A stretch of DNA of 64,000 nucleotides from Octopus vulgaris (taxonomy: Eukaryota), in the NCBI GenBank assembly GCA_951406725.2, contig OX597834.1, positions 21,762,001 to 21,826,000 of the forward strand, read 5' to 3'. The translations under genes were made by a program, and so were the position numbers. Shown here piece by piece: positions 1-12,226 of the stretch; position 1 is the stretch's first letter; every line of letters starts with the position of its first letter. Under the pieces are notes generated by a model. That model had not been told where the DNA came from. It did no database searches and saw nothing but the letters and a program-made list of their open reading frames with translations.

Positions 1-239
1 GAACTGTTAATTGCCAGTCTCTGGAACCAGATTCTTCATTCTCCATGCTACTTACGCAGTTGAACATTCCTTCAAATTATACGTTTTGAGAAACAGTGTT
101 CGGAGAGGCAGAGTGCATGGTGTGGGCGATTCGGTTCTTTCTTTTATTTTATTTCATATTTTGTTATTTTATTTTTGCTTATTACATATTTTGTAATTTT
201 CGTTGTAATTGTGTGTACATGTTTGTGTCTTTGTGTGTG

Positions 240-422
240 TGTGTAGACACAGACTAGCTGGTATATATTATATATATATATATGCAAACATACCTGTTTG
301 CGCATATGTGCAGCTACACTTAAATAATACCTATTCATGTATATATAAAAATGTTTACAATATATATATGTATATATATGTGTGTGTATGTGTGTGTGTG
401 TGTGTATAGACACAGACTAGCT

Positions 423-462
<40 letters not shown>

Positions 463-537
463 AAGATACCTGTTTGTGCATATGTGCAGCTACACTTAAA
501 TAATACCTATTCATGTATATATAAAAAAATTTACAAA
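240..537. repeat. Local tandem duplication, two copies of a ~165-175 bp unit
   Basis: 'agacacagactagctggta...atacctgtttg..catatgtgcagctacacttaaataatacctattcatgtatatataaaaa' occurs at ~245-360 and ~408-537, differing mainly in (AT)n length. Confidence 0.85.
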
Positions 538-583
538 TGTATGTGTGTGTGTGTGTGCGTGCATGTGTTTGTATGTATATATA

Positions 584-632
<49 letters not shown>

Positions 633-870
633 GTTTGTGTGCATATATACTCATACACACATATGAATATATATATATATATCATCATCATCATCATCGT
701 ATATATATATATATGCATGATGGCATACAGATATATACACACACACAAATACACAGGCTTATATATTATATCTTTATTTGACATATCTAATGGCAAAGCA
801 GTTTAAACTGTTCTATAAATTTAATTCCATTTCTGTATATAAATGGTAAATCATGCTCACAACTGTAGGA

Positions 871-925
<55 letters not shown>

Positions 926-1024
926 TGAGTGTGTGTTGGCATTTATGTATGTGTGTGTGTATATGTAAGTCTATGCATGTGAACATATAGAGGTGTGTGT
1001 TTGCGTATATATCTCTAATTGTTT

Positions 1025-1239
1025 ACCTTGTTCCAGTCATTAGACTGCAGCCATGATGGAGCACCGCATCAAAGACTTTTAATTGAGTGAATCAACCTCT
1101 GTACTAAGCATAGTGCTTAGTCTATCAGTTTCTTTTCACCGACCAGCTAAGTCACAGGGATGTAAACACACCAACACTGGTTGTGAAGTGGTAGTGGTGG
1201 GGTACAAACACAGACACAAACACACACACATACAAAAAT

Positions 1240-1271
<32 letters not shown>

Positions 1272-1378
1272 GACAGGATTTTTTCAGTTTCCATCTACCG
1301 AATCCACTCACCCAAGGTACTATGTAGTGGGACTGAACCCAGAACCATGTGGTTGGGAAGCAAGCTTCTTACCACTCA
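1025..1378 (-). mobile_element. tRNA-headed SINE family A, internally deleted copy
   Basis: Reverse-complement match to the full copy at 25990-26400 (tccagcatggccgcagtc, tttggtagacggaaactgaaa and ccacatggttctgggttcagtccc segments). Confidence 0.8.
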
Positions 1379-1392
1379 TATATATATATACA

Positions 1393-1439
<47 letters not shown>

Positions 1440-2062
1440 GTACATATGGTATGTGTATGTATATATAAAGTGTGAGTGTTTCTGTATATGTTGTGTATCT
1501 GTGTGTGCATGCCTGCATATATGTGTTTGTGTATGTATGTGTGTTGGCATCTGTGTGTATGTATGAGTCTGAATCTGTATATATGTATGTCTGTATATGT
1601 GTGGGTGTTGTATTTCAATTTATTGTTTACATGTGTATGTGTGTGTGCATATGTATTTATATGTATGTGTGTATGTATGTGTATGTGTGTGTATGTTTCT
1701 GTGCGTGAAATTGTGTGTGTGTGTGTGTGTGTGTGTAATTGTATTGTATGTTCGTGCTAATGTATGTCTGTATCTCTCTCTCTCTCGCTCTCTCTCTCCT
1801 TCTTACTCTCCCTTTCTCTCATATCACTTCTCCCGCGCCCTCCCCACACCCATTCATTTCCTTCCCACCTCCACCCACGCATCTCTCTCTCTCTCTCTCT
1901 CCCTATACCCCTGGCACTCCCACTCCTGCCTCCCTCTCTCACTCTCACTCTCACTCAATCACTCACAGCCAAAGTGAGGAAATCAATGCTCAGTGTCTCT
2001 ATTCAATAGAGAGAGGAGGACATCAGAATGTATTGATCAATATTTATTGAACAACAAAAAGC

Positions 2063-2490
2063 ACATCACCACCACCACCACTATCAGCATCACCATTATC
2101 ATCATCATAGTCACCTTCATCACCATCATCATTGCTTCCACCACCACCATCGTTGTCATCATCATCATCATCACCATCATAGTCACCTTCACCATCACCA
2201 GCACCACCACCATCAATCAGCATCATTATCATCATCATCATCATCACCACCATCATCATCATCATAGTCGCCATCATCACCATCATCATCACACCCATCA
2301 CCATCACTATCACCACCAATACTATCATCGTCATCATCATCATCTTCATCACCACATTCATCACTACCACCTCCACCACTACCACCACCATCATCATCAT
2401 CTTCATCACCACATCCACCATTACCACCTCCACCACTACCACCACCATCACCACCACCACCACCATCACCATCATCATTATCATCATCAC
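2063..2490. repeat. (CAT/CAC)n compound trinucleotide microsatellite
   Basis: Direct reading; source of the poly-His/Ile/Asp ORFs. Confidence 0.95.
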
Positions 2491-2837
2491 TCCAACACCC
2501 CTTCACCATTGTCAACCCCCATCACTACTGTCATCAATGCCACCCCACCCACGCATCGTCTCCATTGCCACCTTCTTCCTGCTTATATTCCACACAAACC
2601 ACCCCCCCACTCTCTGCTATTTTGTTTGTCATTAATAATTGTCGTTATCATTTTTCCGAACCCACCACCTGACATACTCTCGTCGATCAAGTTCTATATT
2701 GTTGCTGCCATATCTATGAATTTCTGACTCTAATTATCTCTTCGGTTGAACAGTCACATTTAAAAAATAAACTGGAAAAAAAAAATAATAATAATAATAA
2801 TAATAATAACAATAATAATTATAATTATAATAATAAT

Positions 2838-3382
2838 CGTTTCTGTGAGAAGCACAACAGGTCCTGAAATTTTGAGGAAATTACATTGACCCGGAGTTCA
2901 TTTGGTACTTTGGCACTTATTTTATTCTTTTCTACTCAAGACACAAGGCCCAAAATTTGGGGAGGGGCCAGTCGATTAGATCAACCTCAGTATGCATCTG
3001 GTACTTAATTTAACGACCCCTGAAATGATGTAAAGCAAAGTCAGCCTCGGCAGAATTTGAACTCAGGATGTAGCAGCTGATGCAATGTGCTAGAGATTTT
3101 GCCAGCTCACCACCTTAATAATGATAATAATAATAAGGGTTTCAAATTTTTCCACAAGGGCAGCCATTTCTTGGGAGGGGATGAGTCAATTACATCGACC
3201 CCCAGTATTTCACTGGTACTTAATTTATTGACCCTGAAGGGATGAAAGGCAAAGGCAACTTCAGCAAAACATCACGGCAAGTGAAATATTGCTAAGCATT
3301 TCGCCCAGTGTGCTAACGATTCTACCAGCTTGCCACCCTGGTAATAACAATTATAACAATAATAATGATGATAATAATGATG

Positions 3383-3417
<35 letters not shown>

Positions 3418-3846
3418 GATGATAATAATAATAATGATAATCCTTTCTACTACGGGCAGAAGGCCTGAAATTTGGGGGAGAGGACCAGTCAATTACATCA
3501 ACTCCAGTACATAAGTGATACTTCATTTATCAAACCCCGAAAGGATGAATGGCAAAGTCAACCTCAGCGGAATTTGAACTTAGAACATAGTGATGGGCGA
3601 AATACCACTAAGAATTTCGTCCAGCATGCTAACAATTCTGCCAGTTTGCCACCCTAATCATAATAATAATAATAATAATAATCCTTTGTACTATAGGCAC
3701 AAGGCCTCAAATTTGTGGGGAGGAGACCCCGAAAGGATGAAAGGCAAATTTGACCTCGGCAGAATTTGAACTCAGAATGTAATGATGGATGAAATACCGC
3801 CATGCATTTTGGCCAGTGTGCTAACGATTCTGCCAGCTCACCACCT
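2838..3846 (-). mobile_element. Cluster of 4-5 head-to-tail SINE family B copies, mostly separated by (AAT)n
   Basis: Repeated 'cccgaaaggatgaaaggcaaagtcgacctcggcggaatttgaactcagaa...gctaacgattctgccagctc'-like blocks at ~2925-3115, 3135-3335, 3440-3655 and 3682-3846, plus a fragment at ~2838-2920. B-box GAGTTCAAATTC on the minus strand. Confidence 0.85.
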
Positions 3847-3965
3847 TTTCTTTTTCGCCTGTTAAAGACTTAAAAACTGATGATGTCATTCCATCAACGT
3901 GTGGATGCTACTTGCTCTCGTTCATACTTTACGTTTAAATTTCTGAATTTTTATCACTTCTTATT

Positions 3966-4008
3966 TTGAATTTGACAAAGACAGACATACTGTTGAAATA
4001 TCGTTCAA
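3966..4008 (+). ncRNA. Minimal type I hammerhead-ribozyme-like motif, U3-A8 core variant
   Basis: Stem I ttgaat/gttcaa; core TTGACAA (3972-3978); extra A; stem II gacag-acata-ctgtt; GAAA; palindromic ATAT; AUC triplet; AATAAA overlaps the 3' end of stem I. Confidence 0.6.
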
Positions 4009-4169
4009 TAAAATATCTTACAATCGAATCGCGCTCTTCGTCTTGACTGTTTACCTTTGTGAAGAATTACGTCAATCCTTTTTTAAAATATATAATAATA
4101 ATAGTAATAATAATGATGATAATAATAATAATAATAATGATAATAATAATAATAATAATAATAGTAATA

Positions 4170-4375
4170 ATAAACCATGCTGTCTAGAATTCAGTGTTGT
4201 TCTAATGCAGGATGACTACATTCCTAAAATTCTTTTGTATGGCCAGCAAGACTCATCCATAGCCCTAAGGGTAAGCTGAAAGAATCACCAAATTCTCTAC
4301 AGCTTAGTTGAACATCTTGAGAAAGTGCTTGCCTAGGTTGATCTGACTGGCATGAAATGTGTCATAATGCACCTA
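4170..4375 (+). mobile_element. Degenerate RTE-clade LINE ORF C-terminal fragment
   Basis: Translation contains MQDDYIPKILLYGQ, resembling the RTE motif MxDxRIPKxLLYGEL; a frameshifted downstream SDWHEMCHNA resembles DRSxWRxxxxxG. Confidence 0.55.
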
Positions 4376-4581
4376 ACACAGGTGATACCAGTTAAGACCC
4401 CACCCCCACGAACACTGGACTGATATTTCACTTTAGCAATCCCCCGCCAAAAAAAACAAAAGACTGAAAGGTAAAGTTGACTGGACGAAAATGCTTAAAA
4501 GCATTTTTCTTGGATTGTAACGTTCTGAGTTATTGGTATTAAGTCATTGTATGATATACAGCAGCAGTAGTAGTAGTAGTG

Positions 4582-4621
<40 letters not shown>

Positions 4622-5549
4622 CGGTGGTGGTGGTAGCAGCAGCAGTAGTAGTTGTAGTAGTAGTAGTAGTAGTAGTAATAGCAGCAGCAGTAGTAGTTGT
4701 AGTAGTGCTATTCTGTATTGTCGTTACCCCCACCCACCTACCCCTAGCTCCGTTCTCATATCAAATGCTTTCTCATATTTTTTAAGTTTTTTGGTTTTTT
4801 TACCAAAAAAGATCTTTCAAGAATTTTAGTCAGATTGGGGGAAAAAAATTTTAATTATAACAAAACAAAGAAAAACACTACAGTTGAATTGATTGATCAA
4901 AGTATCGAACATATTTTAGAAGACGAGAACAAGATTGAGCAACCAATCACCTTCAGCTGTCATCATCATCATCATCATCCTCATCATCATCATACCATCA
5001 TCATCATCATCATGCCAGCATCATCACCATCATCATCAATGACTTCATCATCATCATCACGCTCATCCTCCTCATCATCAATGTCATCATTATTATCACT
5101 ATTAACATCTTCATTGCCATCATCATCATCATCATCATCATCATGTTCATTATCATAATCACCATCATTATCATCATCACCACCAATCCCATCATCACCA
5201 TCATTATCATCATCACCACCACTACCACCATTATCATCATCACTCACCCCCAGGGGACCCCGTCAAAATTCTGAATAAAAGTAGTCTAAATTCTTTGATT
5301 CTTCAACTCGTCTTAGTAATTTCACTGTAGCCATCCATCCCATCATGGAGCCCTACCTTCCAGGGTTTTCCAATGCAGTTTTATTTGCTTCAACACCTGT
5401 CAGTTTGATGGAGGGGGTGAACTGATGTACAGCAAAAACATTTGATCACAGTCAACAAATCATTTGCACAGGTTAGTCAGAAAAGAAATTGCTGAAACCG
5501 CTTTCCTTGCAAGACAACAGACTGCCATCCATATGCATAGACATAAAGA

Positions 5550-5574
<25 letters not shown>

Positions 5575-5581
<7 letters not shown>

Positions 5582-5768
5582 GTCTCCCCACCATCGCTTG
5601 ACAACCGATGTTGGTGTGTTTACATCCCCATAACTTAGCAGTTCAGCAAAAGAGACCAATAGAATAAGTACAAGGTTTACAAAGAATAAGTCCCTGGGTT
5701 GATTTGTTCAACTAAAGGCGGTGCTCCAGCATGGCTGCAGTCAAATGACTGTTACAAGTAAAAGAAGA
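5575..5768 (+). mobile_element. SINE family A, 3' half
   Basis: Matches 26200-26400 (gcttgacaaccgatgttggtgtgtttacatcccc...gtgctccagcatggctgcagtcaaatgact). Confidence 0.85.
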
Positions 5769-5885
5769 TATATATATATATATATATATAACTAATGTAG
5801 GATAAAATATTTTTTCGAAAAATAAAAAATTTTATCAATGGCCAGCATATCAAAAAATACCTTTAAAGGTTAAATTTATAAATAA

Positions 5886-6052
5886 CTTATAAAATAAGGG
5901 CAAAAGAAAAATTCTCATGCCAAATATGCCGAAAAGACAAAATTGTCAATAACCATTATAAGAGACGCATTAATTATAACGGCTATTGACAATTTTGTCT
6001 TTTTATCGGCATATTTGGCATTAGAATTTTTCTTTTGCCCTTATTTTATAAG
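5886..6052. repeat. Long inverted repeat (~76 bp arms, ~12 nt loop) in an (AT)n-flanked element
   Basis: cttataaaataagggcaaaagaaaaattct...ccattataa (5886-5961) is the near reverse complement of 5974-6052. Related element at 48225-48505. Confidence 0.9.
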
Positions 6053-6058
6053 CTATAC

Positions 6059-6134
<76 letters not shown>

Positions 6135-6136
<2 letters not shown>

Positions 6137-6260
6137 GTGCATAGCTCAGTGGTTAGAGCATCGGACTCACAATCATGAGGTAATGAGTTCAATTCCCGGA
6201 GCAGGTTGCATGTTGTGTTCTTGAGCAAGACCTTTATTTCATGTTGCTCCAGTTTGACTG
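6135..6260 (+). mobile_element. CORE-like tRNA SINE family C, 5' part
   Basis: tagctcagtggttagagca A-box, gagttcaattcc B-box, then gttgtgttcttgagcaagac CORE-like segment. Confidence 0.8.
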
Positions 6261-7015
6261 AGAAATTTGAATGTTAAAAGGTTAAACAAACTCAAAACAG
6301 TGATCGTTTCGTTAAATTTATCATGAACATCACCATCATCATCATCATCACCACCATCATTTTTATCACCATCATCATCTTCATGATCATCATCATCACC
6401 ATCATCATCAGCATTACCATAATTGTCATCGTCATTGTTGTCATCATTCTCATCATCATCATTACCACAGTCATCATCATTGGCACCACTATCATCATCA
6501 CCATCATCATCATCCTTAAAACTGAATTTCAAAAGTGAATTCTAAATATATTTCGTTGAAACCTGCAACACCTATTTTCATGAAGACCAGATTAAAGACC
6601 AAAAACGAGGAGAATAAAAAGCAGAAAATAAATAAAAGTTGGCTAATTTTTCACTTTTAAATTTTATTGTCGTTGTATCGTGGGGAGGTTTTATTCCTCT
6701 GTTAACAATGATTCAGCAGAAATTCCTTAACCTAGAATTTATTAACATTGCTTAGAATTAATACATAATTCTTTGTTAAGAAACATTTCTTCAAATTTCT
6801 TCAATTATTTCTTTAAATAGTAAAGGCATAGAATTCTTCAAATCTACTGCTGCTCTTTGGAAGCGATTTGACAAATGGCTGTTATTGCTTGCTGTATATC
6901 ATACAATGACTTAATACCAATAACTGACAAATTATATCAGAAATGATTTTGCATTTCTTTTCGGAAATTTAATCATAGAACCTCTTTTATAAAGCATTCC
7001 ATGTTTTGTGCCAGG

Positions 7016-7481
7016 TTAACCCATTCCTTGCCCAATTTTCGTTGAAATATATTGTCTTGGTTTCCATTGATTCAAAATATTCAGATAAATTTAATAAAAT
7101 AAATTTGTCATTATTTATTTGCTGTTTGGAACATAGATTAACACGAAATTTTGATGGAAAGTTTTAATTTAGATCAGTTAAATTAGGAAGTATGGATCAT
7201 AGAACCAAAGTTCGTCTCAGGTAGGGTTGCGAGCTGGCATAATCGTTAGCACGCCGGGCGAAATGCGTAGCCATATTTCGTCTGCAGTTACGTTCTGAGT
7301 TCAAATTCCGTCGAGGTCGACTTTGCCTTTCATCCTTTCGGGATCGATGAATTAAGTACCAGTTACGCACTGGGGTCGATGTAATCGACTTAATCCATGT
7401 GTCTGTCCTTGTTTGTCTCCTCTGTGTTTAGCCCCTTGTGGGTAGTAAAGAAATAGGTAGGGTTGGTGTCAAAATGGTTAA
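7016..7481. mobile_element. TTAA-flanked MITE (family M1) interrupted by a SINE
   Basis: Starts ttaaccc (7016) and ends tggttaa (~7481); internal 'ggaacatagattaacacgaaattttgatggaaagttttaatttagatca' is shared with copies at 7550-7730, 26480-27850 and 34975-35980. Confidence 0.75.
7230..7454 (+). mobile_element. SINE family B with an 11-bp target-site duplication
   Basis: TSD aggtagggttg at 7219-7229 and 7455-7465; A-box-like gagctggcataatcgtt; B-box gagttcaaattcc; central gtcgactttgcctttcatcctttcgggatcgat. Confidence 0.92.
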
Positions 7482-8044
7482 GCTGACAGGCAGGAAACCA
7501 GAAGTGTTTTTTCAACTGTTTGCCATTCTGAGAAAGGTAGAGATGGATCCACTTAACACATATCTATTGGATTACATTGCTTTTGTTTCAACCAAGTTTG
7601 AAAATAACGAAGAATTCAATAAATTAATCTTGTTGTTAAGCTGATATTTGGAACATAAGTCGACATGAGATTTTGATGGAAGAAGATTTCAATTTAGATC
7701 ATATTGGAACAGTAAGTTTGTATTATAGAACCACTGTAAAACTTATCAAACAAGTGTCAACATAAAATAAGAAAGGGAACTCAAAACTGATTAAATACTA
7801 TGTAATGATACAATTTACAGAGAGATTAGTTAGGTGAAACTTTAAGTAACAAAACTTATGTCCATTTTGTATTGTGTTAATATATATATGTATAAATACC
7901 AAGTCACACCCTTAATTTAGTGTTAAATCGCAGTACAAAAGTATTTTCTTTTCATAGCTTTAGCTTTGCCCATATATAAGATGCAACCCAGATTTTCAGT
8001 TAGAATCAAGTATAAAATATTTCAATTTATATATGAGTAAATAT

Positions 8045-8349
8045 CTCTCTCTATCCGCTCAGTCGAAGTCGACTCTCAGTCACTCGTTGGATCAGTGTCC
8101 TCCAGTCAGTTCTATCCTGGGCCGCTTCTTTCAGATTGGCTATGTCCATTCCGGTATCACTCCTGATGGTGTCAAGCCAGCGGGTTCTTGGTTGGCCTCT
8201 TCCTCTCTTGCCACTGACCATTCCGAGCATGATGTCCTCCTCCAGGGATTTTCTCTGGATAATATGACCGAAATATGCCAATCTATGCTTGGTGATCCTA
8301 GCTTCTAGCAACATTTTCGGCCTTATCTGCTTAAGAACTTCTCCATTGG
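8045..8349 (-). mobile_element. 5'-truncated RTE (BovB-like) LINE, ORF C-terminus open, 11-bp TSD
   Basis: ORF 8051-8314 LAYFGHIIQRKSLEEDIMLGMVSGKRGRGQPRTRWLDTIR...DRTDWRTLIQRVTESRLRLSG matches RTE C-terminal motifs; TSD tgagtaaatat at 8034-8044 and 8350-8360. Confidence 0.92.
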
Positions 8350-8916
8350 TGAGTAAATATGGTAGATATTTAAAAAGTTATATTCCTGTACTGAAACTTA
8401 GTAAAACTCAGTAAAAACCAGTAATTTTCTAGAAAATTCTATTGTGTTTTACTTTCCGATAAAATATATTATATTAACAACAGTAAGGTTTGTACAAAGA
8501 AGTTTTGTCAAAATGACAATGCGTTGCTAAATTCATGCTACCATTGTGTTCTGTCATTCTTTGTCGTCATTTTGCACGAGGTGCGGTAAGAATTGCGATG
8601 TCTCTAAAACAAAGTAGAAAGCACCATGCTCTGTCTTCCGAAATGGCGAGCGACAGTGTTTTGTGTTTGCGGATGATAGACAAACTAAATAGAAATGTCT
8701 AACTACACACGACAACAACAGCAACAATAATGAGGATAACGACAAATGCAAAATGACAGTGGAGGGGAAATGAGGACAGATTGCATGTGTGTGTATATGT
8801 GTGCATATGTGTGTATATAAGTGCATGTGTATATATGTATATACACATGACTGCACACACATATATGTAGCCATGCATATGTACGCATAGCTATATATTT
8901 ATAATATCTATGTGTT

Positions 8917-8973
<57 letters not shown>

Positions 8974-10339
8974 ATATGTATATGTGTGTCTATATGTATG
9001 TGTGTGTGCATGTGTATGTGTATATATATATAATCATTTAAATATAGATATATATATATATATATATATATATAAATCTATACACACACATACATATTTA
9101 TGTGTACATATGTATATATTTATAATGTATATATATATTTATAAATGTATACATTAGTATACTTACATATATTGATCTACCTACACACACACACACACAT
9201 ACACACAAGACAAATATGTGTGACATCCGTATATGCATATATATATAAACACACACATACACACACACGCATGCACTCATGTATGTATATGTTATGACTC
9301 TGTTGATCTCTTCTCAACAAAGTATGTGCGCAAATTTCTGAAAAACGAAAAGAAAGAATGGCAATCGAAGTACAAAAGTACCGAATTACCAAAGTCACAC
9401 AGACATTGTTTCACATCAGAATAATTGGTTTTGATTGCGAAAAGTTAGAATTGTATTTTCATTTATTTATTTGAACAACAAAACTTGATTTCATTTTAAA
9501 ACTTTCAGCACTTTTCTCTCAACCACCACCACCACCAACAACAGCCACATCTACTACTACTACTACTACTACTACTACCACTGCTGCTGCTGTTACTACT
9601 ACTATTACTACTACTACTGCTGCTATCATTACCATAACCATCACTGCCACCATCATTAGTAACAATAACAACTACTGCTATCACCATCACCACCACCACC
9701 ACCACCACTACCACCGTCACCACCACAAATAGCACTACCACCACCACCACCACCTCCACAAACACCACCACTAGTAACAACAACTACTACTATCACCACC
9801 ACCACCACCACAAACACCCCCACCGCTACCACTGCCGCCACCACCATAAACACTGTCACCACCAGCACAAACACCACCATTACCGTTGGCAGCAGCTTCA
9901 ACATCAGCAGCAACAGCAGCAGCAGTATACTGGAAAAGCACTTGTAGCTTTTTTTCCTTCTCTGATGGAATGAAAGCAAGCATGATCTTTTTGAAATTGA
10001 GTTTGGCATCATCGCTCATCCATTCAAACAGAACAAAGGTCACTCAACAGCAGAAACAGTAGTAGTAGTAGTAGTAGTTGTAGTAGATGCATTGCTTCCC
10101 CACCCCTTCCCCCCACGTCCCCCCATCTGTAACCCCCTCCTTCCTCTTTACATGCGCCGTCCTCGTCTCTGCCGCCAAAACAAAAACATGATGGGGGAGA
10201 GGTGGTGCGGTGCCGCGGAGAGGAGGGGAGACGGATTAACACGTGTCACTTTGAGACAGGAGATTCGGAAGGTATTTTGTCAAGGCTTTGGATCGCACAT
10301 TTTTTTTCATCAGAGAGAAGGGAAAGAAAATCGATAACA

Positions 10340-10658
10340 GCAACATCAACAACAACAATAATAATAACAATAATAATAATAACAAAAATAAATAAGTAAT
10401 AAAATAATAATAATAATAATAAATATTAATATTAATTATAATAATAATGATAATAATAATAATAATAATGATAATAATAATAATAATAATAATGATAATA
10501 ATAATAATGATAATAATAATGATGATAATAATGATGAAGATGATAATAATAATAAGAAGAAGAAGAAGAAGAATAGTAATATTAATATTAATTATAATAA
10601 TAATAACAATCATAATTAATAACAATGAATCATAATAGAAATAATAATTATAATAATA

Positions 10659-10689
<31 letters not shown>

Positions 10690-10880
10690 TAATAATAATA
10701 TTAAATAAAATAGGTATAACAATAAATAAAAACAATAATAAATAATAATGGCAATAATCTATAATAATAATGATAATAATAATACAAATATAATCAAAAT
10801 AGTAATAATCAATAATAATAATAAGTTGTAATAATGATCATAGTTATGATGGTGATGATGATGATAATAATAGCAACAAC
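10340..10880. repeat. (AAT)n / (GAT)n microsatellite block
   Basis: Direct reading. Confidence 0.95.
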
Positions 10881-11227
10881 AATAGATATAATAAGAGTGC
10901 ATTAAAATGATTTCTTCTTTCTTTCTTTCTTTTTTTTTAAGTCAATTTTTGATGCCAATCGATATTCTGAATGAGATGAAAATGAAACGAGGTTTGACAT
11001 GTTGCGAGAGGCGGGGGTGGAGGTAGGGGAGGAAGAGGAGGCGGAGGGGGGGAGGAACTCGGCTTCTTTAAGATTCCACTCTCACCTTAATCATTGCGGA
11101 ATTGTTAAAGACTTAAAGACATGCTTCGCTTTTTTTTTTACATCATTTGTAATTCTGAACTGCTTTAAACATTTTCTTTTTTTTCATGCGGGTATATACA
11201 CACCCACATATATGTCTGTATGTATAG

Positions 11228-11290
<63 letters not shown>

Positions 11291-11420
11291 TATGCACACT
11301 GTTGCACATGTGTGTGTTTGTATGACCTGTTGATAACTGCAGATTCCGCATCTCTTTTCTCTCTCTCTCTCTCTCTCTGTATATATATATATATATATAT
11401 ATATAATGAGAGGCAGACAG

Positions 11421-11455
<35 letters not shown>

Positions 11456-11466
11456 AATGAAAGACA

Positions 11467-11525
<59 letters not shown>

Positions 11526-11542
11526 ATATATGTATATATATG

Positions 11543-11690
11543 GTGAAAGTACATGGCTCAGTGGTTAGACCATTGAGCTCATAATCATGTGGTAGTGAGT
11601 TCTATTCCTGGACTGGGCGGTGTGTTGTGTTCTTGAGCAAGACACTTTATTTCACATTGCTCCAGTTCACTCAGCTGTAGAAATGAGTTA
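11543..11690 (+). mobile_element. CORE-like SINE family C, 5' part
   Basis: catggctcagtggttaga...gttgtgttcttgagcaagacactttatttcacattgctccagttcactcagctgtagaaatgagtt. Confidence 0.85.
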
Positions 11691-12134
11691 ATATAAGAAA
11701 AAGGAGAAGAAATATAGTAGATTCTTATTTTTATTTGTATTACGATGAAAACATATCAAACAATATAATACATACAAGATTTAAAGGATCATAATTATCA
11801 TAAAAAATAAGCATTAAACATGCCTACACATGTTTCACATCAAATGTATTGTGGAATTTTCTCTCAATATATAAATCGACAACACCAGTTGATATCCAGA
11901 TTTTAAAACCCCTAACGAGGATACTACATCCTTAATATTGACTACATATTTATATATATGTGTGTGTGTATCATCATCATCATCATCGTTTAACGTCCAT
12001 TCTCCATGCTAATATATATATATATATATATATATATAACAAAAGAGGCGGGGTGTTTCCACGTAGGAAAAAATATAGGCAAATTTGTTGTTGAAAATGC
12101 AGCTAAATTTGAAAAACTTGTAATTGTTTAAAAT

Positions 12135-12226
12135 AATTTATTTACATGTATACCAAACTAGTTTCAACAACTATTGATAAACAAAAAATATTGTTGAAAC
12201 TAGTTTGGTTTACATGTAAATAAATT
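12135..12226. repeat. Inverted repeat (36-bp arms, 20-nt loop) overlapping a hammerhead-like motif
   Basis: aatttatttacatgtataccaaactagtttcaacaa / ttgttgaaactagtttggtttacatgtaaataaatt, one mismatch. Confidence 0.9.
12169..12210 (+). ncRNA. Minimal type I hammerhead-ribozyme-like motif, U3-A8 core variant
   Basis: Stem I aacta/tggtt; core TTGATAA (12174-12180); weak stem II acaa/ttgt; GAAA-CTAG-TT (palindrome ACTAGT, GUU triplet). Confidence 0.55.

Noticed and set aside
1993-2727. 244-aa His/Ile/Thr-rich ORF and other long low-complexity ORFs (e.g. 14691-15368, 32116-32910, 61001-61705)
   Set aside because: They are translations of microsatellites that lack stop codons; there is no domain-like content or splice structure.
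9771-10043. Protein-like peptide MTFVLFEWMSDDAKLNFKKIMLAFIPSEKEKKLQVLFQY
   Set aside because: No recognisable homology or flanking splice sites, and it runs into a microsatellite; treated as a possible noncoding island.
11820-11935. GAAACATGTGTA (minus strand) and ctaacga-ggat-actac-atcc (plus strand), hammerhead halves
   Set aside because: The halves lie on opposite strands and are incomplete. Similar orphan halves at ~9403-9420 and ~23675 were also not called.
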